NCBI RefSeq assembly: GCF_001949145.1
Contig: NW_019091360.1
Coordinates: forward strand, 2,167,599 to 2,231,598
DNA length: 64,000 nucleotides
Reading direction: 5' to 3'
Source of the DNA: Acanthaster planci
Lineage: Eukaryota
Below the pieces are notes generated by a model. That model ran no database searches and was not told the origin of the DNA. It was given only the letters and a program-made list of their open reading frames with translations. Below, piece by piece: positions 54,299 through 64,000 of this stretch. The translations under genes were made by a program, and so were the position numbers. How positions within the stretch are numbered: position 1 is the first letter of the stretch; each line of letters starts with the position of its first letter.

Positions 54299-54420
54299 CC
54301 TTCTGAAGTTCTCGGCTGTGCTCTCCCAAGACAGTCGTTGCGTTTCACTTTCGCAGCCGTACTGTAACAAGCGGACACTAGTCGCAGACGACAATCTGAA
54401 GCGCAAGCGCAAGTCTGCCA
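54299..54420 (-). promoter_or_regulatory. Putative promoter / first non-coding exon of myosin III
   Basis: CpG-richer patch with NRF1-like GCGCAAGCGC (54401-54410) and a minus-strand AGG|GTATGG donor at 54298; inference only. Confidence 0.35.
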
Positions 54421-54442
54421 CTGCCCCCAGCTAGCTTACAAT

Positions 54443-54485
54443 CAAAGATTGTATAGCGCCGCGCAGCGGCGCTATACAATCTTTG
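54443..54485. repeat. Perfect palindrome, 20-bp arms + 3-nt loop
   Basis: CAAAGATTGTATAGCGCCGC-GCA-GCGGCGCTATACAATCTTTG. Confidence 0.95.
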
Positions 54486-54788
54486 CCTGCAATCGTGACA
54501 ACCAGCATTTCTTGCGTGTGCCACATGGGGGCGCTATTTAAACTTAGCGTAGAGTTGTTTTTTTTTTTTTCGGGAGCTGAGAAAATCCACGATCATCAGA
54601 CAGGTTCCAGCATGCGAAAGCTAATATTTTTTCAGGAAAATAAAAATTATTAATTGGAACCTAAGTTTAATAAAAAAAATGTAAAAACAATTTCATTTCT
54701 TCGAATGTGTGATCATAACTAGGAGCCTTATCGACGGACCCTAAAACTTACAATTTAACTGCGCTCGGAGTAACTAGGAATGAAGAAA

Positions 54789-55105
54789 CTCTCAATGCAA
54801 AAGAGTAAAAACTCAATCTCAAAAAGAGTGAGTCCCTCGTAAATCTAAATCGACTCCGAAAGAGTGAAAGCCACTTCAAAAGACTGGAAAATCATTCTAA
54901 ACAAGTAAACATCAATCTAAAGAGGAACCATGAAAAGGACAACTCCTTTTTGGGTTGACGTTTATGTGGATCCTTGGCAGAGTGAAAATCTCACTCTGTA
55001 GGTATTGTTTTCTCTCTTTTTAGAGAGGTTTTTCGCTCTTTTGGAGTGGTTTTTAAGGAAGTTACTCTTTTTGAGATTGGGTTTTTCTTTTTTGCATTTA
55101 GAGAG
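54789..55105. mobile_element. MITE-like element with imperfect long TIRs
   Basis: ctctcaatgcaaaa...caatctcaaaaagagt / actctttttgagattg...ttttgcatttagagag. Confidence 0.65.
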
Positions 55106-56679
55106 AGGACCACAAGATGTGTAGGCCCATGACAATTCATTTTAACGAGTCAGTGAAAGGTATTTCGCACTCATTTCTAATTTTACAAATTCGAAATGGT
55201 TTGAATCGTTGCACGAGCTCGTCACATGACTAGACGCGCGCGTGCAAGTGTAACTGGGAAAAAGTACACGCTATGGGGGAACTCGCACAACAACAAAAAT
55301 CTCTGACTAAACCAAGGCTCTTTGAGGGAAAAGTCGCAGGAAACTAAATTAATAGGGACTCTGACACCAATATTTGACTTAAAGAAAGGACAAAACGAAT
55401 TTATGAATGAAAAAGTACTGAAAAAAGGACGAAAAAGGAACTAAAAGGATGAAAAGACTTAACATCAAAACAATTTTTAAAAAACGTTAACAAGGCAAGT
55501 AAAACCACCACAGTGTGTAAAATTGACCTTGTGAGTTTACACTAAGACTTCAATCACCGACTTGCAGTAGACAAGGGCTCAAGCAGAAAACCACACTCCA
55601 GTTAGGAGGAACAATACAAGTGAAGTTGACTGGTGTACATGTACATGTATGCTGCGAGTGATCTGCTCCACCGAAAGTGGCCAGACCCATGATATTGGGG
55701 GAAGCTGGGGCTTAGACAAATAAACAGGGGGCACACTACCAAAAAAATCAAGAACTCTAAACTAAAGCTATACATTTTTAAAGGGGAACTACTTCTATGT
55801 AAAAACGTGTATCTAATGGCTCTGCAACACAAGCCGACTGAATTATAATGATCGTTCAGTGCAGTGATTTATTTACATAAATAATTTTACTAACAATAAC
55901 AAGTGATTAAAACGTTGCCGAAATTTGGAAAAGAATTATTTGGTAATGGCACTGGTATTGAAAATTTATGAAATTACTTATTCGTTGAGGATGTTGAACC
56001 CCAAGTTGACCCCAATGCACTCTTGTGACTGAGTAGGTGCCTCAAGGCCATCCGCAGTGATAAAAGCTGCAAAACTGTGACTGTGGAGATGAACCGGGAG
56101 AACGCAGCCATTTAAGGCACCAGATTTTTGAAGTTGGAGATCGAGATGGGAAAATTAACTATTGATTCCGAGGCTATTGAAACACCATACCACCTGACCC
56201 TAGATTGACAAACGTTTCACGCCGACCCAGCTAGGGACACGGTCTGGCACACTAGTCCTGCGGTGCGGCTGAGTCACTAGATTACAATGTCTTTGTTGTG
56301 TGTGCGTGTTGCCACATTCCCCCACCGGTCTGTATACTGCCGGATCATGTTTGCACAATGTTTGACCGTAGAGCTAGCTACGGCGTGTGTGACACAGTAC
56401 TCGTTGTCCCTTGTCTTATGTTCATAAACATGTCTCAGAAAAACTGCCGAACTCGGTTTAGTCACGGAGCTATTGAAATGTACCAATACAACGGTGAATT
56501 GTAAAGTTAATGTTTGAAGAAAAACACAGTTTGGCACAAGGAGGTGAGCCAAGAAGCTGACAAGTGGACTGCAAAAAACCAAGGAATGAACTATAAGTTC
56601 TAAACTGAATGGTTTCTTGTCACGGGTCACCGAAGTGAGCATGTAGAGTTGATTACGTGGATTTAGAATTACTGCAGAA

Positions 56680-56873
56680 ATGACCATGGAGCAAGACTCG
56701 ACGGAGGGCGAAATGTTGGTTAGTGTGAACTCGAACAAGGGAATGCCGACGGTACCCTTGTCGGAAGATAGGCAAAACACCGTCTGTCGTGATTATCCAA
56801 CTTGCAGGCCACTTGGTCCTGATGGAGATTCGGAAAGGTCGCAGATCAAGGGGCTTCGTACACGAGGAAACAG
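56680..56873 (+). CDS. MKX: Mkx coding exon 1 (MTMEQDSTEG...RTRGN)
   Basis: ATG-initiated ORF with AG|GTACAG donor; phase 2 matches the next exon. Confidence 0.65.
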
Positions 56874-59800
56874 GTACAGTTTAGAAAGTTGCATCAGGAC
56901 CATGGAGGAGGGAAGGGACAAGACGATAAAAGCATGATAAAAGTAAACAGAGAAAGAGCAATCTCTTGAAATGTAACACTGACATATTGTTTGCTCCAGT
57001 TTTGAGGAAATTGGTCCGCTTTAAAGGTTGATGTTTTCCCTTTACAATGTATTAGGTAATAACTGTTGTTGGTGAAGACGCCTTGCACGCCAGGTGATTA
57101 AAACGTCTCAAATTATGTTGCAACTAACTGGGTTCACTAATTTTACTGCATCACTGCAAATACGTTTTAGCTTTATGACAGAAAAAATGTAACAAAATGG
57201 CCCGTCACGAACAGCAATTTATTTACAAAAGTACTTGCTTTTCCTTGTGGATTCTAGTATAATTTGAAAGTGTTTGACTAAACTTCAAAGGAGTTGTCAA
57301 AACTTCATATAAATTGCATGCGCACTTTTTCTGTGCTCATTTGCACTGTTCGATTACCATTGACACGGTTATGTGTCCTTTAAGTTGCGCCTTTTTCACA
57401 TGATTTATTCGCAACCTTGACATGCTTGATTAATGAGCCGAAACTTTCATAAAAATATAAATCCCTTTTGTTTAATAAATTTTACCATGTCTACCTCCAT
57501 GTTTCTATAGTTGAGAGGAAGCCTTCCCCCCCCCCAAAAAAAAGTACCCAGCTGTGTAGCCAGGTTTTTTGTCACTGCATAGAGGCAGTGGCGGAGCTGG
57601 ATCTTACAGTGGAAGTGCAATTTAGTCTTTTTCTTTTATAATAGTATCATTTCCTTTTTTTTAAGTTTCCAGTTGGGGCCACTGGGGAGGGCGAGGATTT
57701 TTTATGGGGAGGGGGGCTTGCTNNNNNNNNNNNNNNNNNNNNNNNNNNNNNNNNNNNNNNNNNNNNNNNNNNNNNNNNNNNNNNNNNNNNNNNNNNNNNN
57801 NNNNNNNNNNNNNNNNNNNNNNNNNNNNNNNNNNNNNNNNNNNNNNNNNNNNNNNNNNNNNNNNNNNNNNNNNNNNNNNNNNNNNNNNNNNNNNNNNNNN
57901 NNNNNNNNNNNNNNNNNNNNNNNNNNNNNNNNNNNNNNNNNNNNNNNNNNNNNNNNNNNNNNNNNNNNNNNNNNNNNNNNNNNNNNNNNNNNNNNNNNNN
58001 NNNNNNNNNNNNNNNNNNNNNNNNNNNNNNNNNNNNNNNNNNNNNNNNNNNNNNNNNNNNNNNNNNNNNNNNNNNNNNNNNNNNNNNNNNNNNNNNNNNN
58101 NNNNNNNNNNNNNNNNNNNNNNNNNNNNNNNNNNNNNNNNNNNNNNNNNNNNNNNNNNNNNNNNNNNNNNNNNNNNNNNNNNNNNNNNNNNNNNNNNNNN
58201 NNNNNNNNNNNNNNNNNNNNNNNNNNNNNNNNNNNNNNNNNNNNNNNNNNNNNNNNNNNNNNNNNNNNNNNNNNNNNNNNNNNNNNNNNNNNNNGTTGGG
58301 GCCCCGGGGGAGGGCGAGGATTTTTTTTGGGGGGGGGGGGTTGCTCCCACCCCCCCCCCCCCCCCCCGCTGCTAAAAAAAGTGTCAAACTGAACATAATT
58401 ATGACCCAACAAATTTTCAAATCCAACCATCCTGACAAATAGCTTGAAACACGGAGGTAGAACATTGTGAATTGACCTGTCGTGTTTTACATTTGGCACA
58501 CAAGGACGTGACAATGATATTAGCCTGGGCACAGCGGGCGAGGGGTTCATGTCATAATGATCTCCACAGAGGGTGCGATCAGCAAGCTAGGATCAGTTGC
58601 TCTATTACAGCTGTAATGGCCAGTCTACCCAAACAACAACATATTGACGGTATACAAGTAATCGGAAGTCTCCGTCATCAAGGACCATTGAGCCCGCTGG
58701 TTGGAATAGTTATGTAATCGGTACGGGGGCGCTTCGTGTTATGCTGCTCGGTAAACGGGCGGGTTCTGGGAAGTAGTTCTTCAGCAGAAAGAGTCAACAA
58801 CAGAAAGAAATTACTTTCTTTTAACAGCTGTCATTTGCTGGGCTTTTTTTTCTTAGCAAGTATGACAATCGTTACAGTCAAGAATGTCCCTCTTTTTTCG
58901 TCCCGAAATTTACCCAATCCAATTACGTTGTGTTAAAAAATTTGCCGGCAGTTTCATGGCAGGAAAAGCAACAGTAATACTTGTAGCCCTAGAGCCACAT
59001 CTAATTTCTTCTTATAGTAATGTGCACGGGCATACAAGTTTTGTTCAGGGTCAACGATCGTAATTGCTGGCCACAACCTCACATTAAGATGCCTTTCCAT
59101 TCTCCAGAACTTTTCTATTTGTTTTGAGTTTCATTTGATATTTGAATTAGTTCATTTGAATTATTTTTTAAACATGTTTTCGATTAGGCTAGGCCTATTC
59201 AGTATGACGCTCCAGTGACAGTTACCTTAACAAGTTTAATGATGATCTAGAACCGCAGTGGCATCGATTCTAGGAAGTCGGGGCGCAATACAATGATTGT
59301 ATTGATTGAGAATGGTTCAGGTCACTGTGGTTTTTTTCCCTTTGCGTAAACATGCTAAACGTTTATAATGAGTATGGTTCTTGGCATGCCCATTTTCGAT
59401 GGTTTCCCGTTTAATCCAATGGGCCTTGTTTATAATCCCGAACAATAAATAATGTCTACGTATGCCTGATGCTTTAATATATTGTATTGAATTTCCCAAC
59501 TCGGGTGGTCGTGAAGATTTATCAATCGGAACACAATGCATGATCTAATATGCCTCTGAAACGTCATCTTCAATCGTAGTTTTATATCTTAGGGAAAAAC
59601 GGCAGCGATAGCTTTGCGTATGATTCAAGATGGCTGACTCATCATGCACTCCAGTGAATAGAAATCGGAATGAGGCATCGTCCGAATCTGGAACTATGAG
59701 CCGAATCTATATGTCTTTCCCGCTTGCAAATCGGTAAACGAGATGGCCACATGAAGACTTCAAAGAGCTGTAATCCCGTTTTGGAGACAGCCTGATATTG

Positions 59801-62628
59801 CCATGACGCGGTGCGGCGCACCTCGAGAGACACTGTTTGCACAGGAAAACTTGTCGCGTAAACGAAATATTTCATCATCTGAAAATTTATCGCTTTCTAT
59901 TCTAAAATATACTTCCTAATCTGCAGGAAAATGTGTCATTTTACTGAAGTTTAGTAACTTGAAGTTTTCAACTTCTTTATCCTCCAGTCTGAATATGCAT
60001 CTCACCCTTTCATAATTCTATTTTCTTTCCAAAGCATCTCGAGTTTGGTTTTGGAAAGCGAGAAAAAAATCATTCAGAGAAGACACCTCGGTATTCTCAA
60101 CCTTGGCTATCATAGGCCCGTCTGGAGCCCAAACATGGCTCAGAGTTTGAGTCGAAGGAGAGAATTGTCATTCGATCTGCGGATCTACATCATTGTGTTT
60201 CTGACATTTCTTTCCAGTCCGTCTGGTATTTTGCTTTCCTCCAATCCGAGCCACCGACGACGGACGCTTCAAGACATGACCAAGCCCCTCAAGACGTGGC
60301 TGTACGAGAACAGAAGCAACCCATACCCAACCAAGAAGGAGAAGGTCGCTCTGGCGGCAGACTCCGAGATGACCCTGGTTCAGGTACGAATGATTACAAA
60401 GCATAATACAGGCTGTCTTCCGCAAGGCAAGAACAATGGTTTGTTAGTTGATTGAGGAAGAATACGCCAAATTCTGATGGACATCAATCATGATTGTGCT
60501 TGGCAGTTTTGACTGCTTTTTTCTTTACAGCCTAGTGTTAGTAAAGAATGTCTGTCTCTGTTATTGGCCCTGAAAGTAACTTCAGTCATTATTGCTTGTT
60601 AATGTACACATTTGGAAGAGTTATGCAATAAACCTTGTACGTAGCCTACCCAACGGGAGCAGAGGGGACGGGGAGAGTGGACACCCCCCTCCCACGGATT
60701 TTTTTAAACAAAGAACATTTCATAGGTACGAAAGTAATTGGTATATTTATTTACGTGTTATTAACACCAAGACCCTAAGAAAACAACACCATGAAATAAA
60801 AGCAAGGATGTCGGGACGGCGAGTAAGGCTTTCGATATTCTTTCTCCCCCAACATCATTTTGAACTGAATCTGCTTGCCCTGAAGAAGGTACTCAGTTAC
60901 CGAAAGCTCGGCAATTACAAGTTTCAGAGCACTGATTTTATATTATATTTTTGTCAATATCATGTTGAATGAGCCCAAAGAGGTATTCGCTTTTGAATTT
61001 GCCTCCCCACACACACACACACACGCACCAAAACTGGATATGCCGCTGACTTTGTATGCTATACATTATAACATGTAACTTGCGATCCCTTAAACAGGTA
61101 TCCAACTGGTTCGCTAATGCCAGACGAAGGCTCAAGAACACCGCCCAAAAACCTGGACTTACCTGGAGCAAGAGAGTCAAGTTGTGTAACAGACAAGCAT
61201 CAGACAACGCCGAAGGGCTAAGTGTGGCGAGCTCCGCGTCTGAGGAATTGGGTGTCTCCATCAGAGAAGGTACAGTATAGGACATTTAGGTTGTGTGATT
61301 TACTATTCCCGTCCATTTTATTCCTGCTATATTCTGCAAACAAACTCGCTTAAAATATAGTCAAATATGAGTTTTACGCATATTGTATCATTTTTCTGTA
61401 ATATGAAATACGTGTACGAAGATGGGGGTGCTTTATTTCTAATGATTGAAACCGAAATTTGTGGTTTCAGTCGAGAGAATGGCTTGTTTTCTTTTTGAAC
61501 AGAAACTGAGAAGGTCATGTGTCCAGACCATCCCTGTGTTAGTGCACCAAGGTGGGCCAGTAGCTGCGGTTTGCCAGCTGGGTCCCCGGCGGTGATAAGT
61601 CAGAATGATTCCAGTCTTGAGGGCTCTCCTCCTTCACCGGCATTTTTCCCCGAGACGACAAACTCGCATAAGTTCAAGCAGAGTATCCTCCACAGATACC
61701 TCAACGACTCGATCGCACTCCAACGAAGTGGATACCACTTGCCCCAGTCTCACGAGTTCGCCACTGGCGGGACAGTGAGATACAGTGAGTCTGTAGACTC
61801 GTCCTGTTCACCTACAAGCATCGGGAGCGACGGAAACCAGTCGGCGTTCCATGATGAGTGCGCCCTCTGTGGTGCGTATGATGCTATAATTACGGTCTAG
61901 CTCTTGACATCATAAAACAAAGTGCACGAAAAACGATTTTGTTGCTTTATTCTATGACAGACAATAAAAATGTGTAGTACAGTATCGTGATTGCATGACG
62001 TAAGACTCTGATAAAGGATGGGAGTACTGAAATTGTTGATTTCAAGAGATGCATTGGCAACTTTTACGAGTAAATGAGAATCCATCGTCTTTTGAGGCCG
62101 ATGATGACGATAAGAAATACTCCATTCATATTTATATTGTTATTTTAATTTTGAAGCTCATTGTAGGAATTTTGGATTACATCATTGAAATAACAGCCCA
62201 ACTGTGTTAATTAAATAAACAAGAAAAGAAATCTCGGCGAAACTTTAATTTCAAATGATGACTATATAGCAGAAGATTGCGCATTTGTTTATCTTTCAGC
62301 CGATTACCGACCGAGGCCTGATCAGGTACAAAGCAGACCAATCAGTAAACATGGAGACGTCAGCTGTCGGCCAGCGTGAGTGATTTATCGCATCTTCCTG
62401 GAGATTAAATCCTCGTGACATCAATTCTAGTACTCTCTGCACTTCGTGAACCTCGCGTCTCATTGATTTTTCCCCAGAGTCGACCTGAAAGCTCCAAATT
62501 AATGAAAACTTCCTGTTTTTATTCTTTTCAGCGCTGACGCAGACGAGATATACTGGAAGGAAATCATCGCTGCTGTGGTGCTGACGAACATGGCTCGGGC
62601 GAAGCAGCTTCGACAGGGACTTCTCTGA
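56680..62628 (+). CDS. MKX: Mohawk homeobox (TALE class) transcription factor, 6 coding exons
   Basis: Homeodomain LQDMTKPLKTWLYENRSNPYPTKKEK...MTLVQVSNWFANARRRLKNT. Mkx-type C-terminal motifs KFKQSILHRYLNDS and YWKEIIAAVVLTNMA. Exon phases are consistent. Confidence 0.93.
57723..58294. other. Assembly gap in Mkx intron 1
   Basis: N run. Confidence 1.
60218..60383 (+). CDS. MKX: Mkx exon 2, homeodomain helices 1-2
   Basis: ttctttccag acceptor; PYP TALE loop; CAG|GTACGA. Confidence 0.93.
61098..61269 (+). CDS. MKX: Mkx exon 3, helix 3 (VSNWFANARRRLKN)
   Basis: CAG acceptor; G|GTACAG donor. Confidence 0.94.
61503..61871 (+). CDS. MKX: Mkx exon 4 (includes HKFKQSILHRYLNDS)
   Basis: ctttttgaacag acceptor (alternative in-frame CAG at 61526); G|GTGCGT donor; phase 1-1. 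Confidence 0.82.
62300..62375 (+). CDS. MKX: Mkx exon 5 (DYRPRPDQVQSRPISKHGDVSCRP)
   Basis: tttatctttcag acceptor, GTGAGT donor; phase 1-2 bridges exons 4 and 6. Confidence 0.75.
62532..62628 (+). CDS. MKX: Mkx terminal exon (ADADEIYWKEIIAAVVLTNMARAKQLRQGLL*)
   Basis: ttcttttcag acceptor; conserved YWKEIxAAxxLTN motif; TGA at 62626-62628. Confidence 0.9.
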
Positions 62629-64000
62629 GTGAATCCGAAGTCTCGCGAGAACCTTCGGCACAAATCACAGAATTTGGAGAAAAAGCGGCGTTACGACGAG
62701 ACACGCAGCGTTCTACTGTATTTGCACATTTTTTTTTTCGTAAATTTATACAGTTATATTTTCTACAAAATAGTTTTCCTTTTCTTTTTTGAAGAATACA
62801 TGTATATAGATAAAGATTGTGTAAGATTTTCGTGGTTTGGCAAACCACGAAATCATCGTGCAACCGTCTTAATGGGAAAATTCTGTCAAAACTGTTTTTT
62901 CTAGAAGGCAAATACTTGGCCTTTGTATTTTTTGACTTGTGTCCGAGCCTATTCGTTGTTTACCCAATATGACGTGCGCTGATTGTCGCGTTATCGGCAT
63001 TAGTCTCCCACTGCAACCACCGGATTGCAGGGAATTGAAGGGCGCCTTCAAGTTTTCTCGGTTGGAAGGACTGGTGTCGTGATAAAGATTCGTTACACGA
63101 GGACACCATAACCGTGTCTCTGTTCCGTCTCCTTCGTCAAGGCGCGCAGCATAGCGGAAATGGTCCCAGACTGACCGAAACCGTTCTGTACGACCACTTT
63201 CTTGTGTGAAGTGCCGAGATTAAGTAACAGTTTGGGAAGACAGGAAACGAAGACCGTCCTAGATTTTGTTCATGGACAAAAAGAGAGTCCATAATGCAAC
63301 TAGATACCCCAAGGTGCTGACTATCGAGTGTTTTGTTCTCCATCTTGACACAATTATATCAGAAATGAGTATTATTCAACATACTCAAAGATTCATTAAA
63401 AAGGGCTATTTCTGGAGGGATTATTCTCGCAAGCTCTCAAATAACGATATATTAGTTTTACATTCTGAAGTTGCATCTTAAGTGAGTGATGATGTCAATG
63501 TGTAAAGTTTTTGTTTGAAAAAAAAATTGTTGTTACCAATTCTTTCCTCCAACAGCCTGAAACCTTAACGTGTTCATCAGCACTCGGCATTTTCTTTGGA
63601 CCTCTGATTTTATTCCCTTTTATCAAGTAACTGTACACTTTTGAGTAGTCTTCCATTTCTGTGTAGAGAATATTTTGGAAAACTTATGTGACAAAACTTG
63701 ACAGCAGAACATGGCTACACGACGATTGAACTTGTGTTATGTTGCTTGCGTAATGTCATGCTAAACAATAAGAGAATGTTTGAAATTAGTAACTGCCTAC
63801 GGAAGTGTTCGTGAGGGCACAAGATTAGTGCATGGTCTGAGACACTTCAGTAACTCGTGCTAAGACACACGTCCACGTATATATGATGTGTGGTTGCCTT
63901 TTTACCGGTCACATTAAGTAATGGGGTGGTTGGAGTGAGATTGGAATCTGCACAAGAATTTTCGGATCTGGTATGATTGACCGAATAACACAAACAGTGA

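Noticed and set aside
57647..58550. Long ORFs on both strands
   Set aside because: Artefacts of the N gap and homopolymer runs.
60218..61269. Iroquois (Irx) or TGIF identity for the homeobox
   Set aside because: LQDMxxPLKxWLY, MTLVQVSNWFANARRRLKNT and the C-terminal motifs are Mohawk-type; no IRO box seen.
61872..61900. Mkx ending at the TAG at 61900 as in the ORF track
   Set aside because: A donor at 61872 links in frame to two further exons carrying the conserved YWKEI motif.

Overview
This is eukaryotic (bilaterian invertebrate-like) genomic DNA with three assembly gaps. It contains two multi-exon genes arranged head-to-head. (1) A class III myosin lies on the minus strand from ATG 40424 down to at least 532. 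It has an N-terminal STE20-type kinase, a myosin motor, six IQ motifs and a THDI-like tail. I traced about 32 exons by hand, all with GT-AG sites and consistent phase, giving roughly 1,500 aa; the gene may continue past the window edge. (2) A Mohawk (Mkx) TALE-class homeobox gene lies on the plus strand, with 6 coding exons at 56680-62628. The introns hold a decayed DIRS-order (tyrosine recombinase) retrotransposon, several MITE families (TTAA piggyBac-like, Kolobok-like, TA-type, hAT-like), tRNA-derived SINEs and a 33-bp minisatellite. A cluster of inverted repeats surrounds the presumed divergent promoter region. The most interesting observations are a symmetric cassette exon that rebuilds a split IQ motif, frame-preserving microexons in myosin loop 2, vertebrate-like tail motifs, and the Myo3-Mkx adjacency. 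I see no unambiguous wholly new system. All exon models are sequence-based inferences without transcript evidence.
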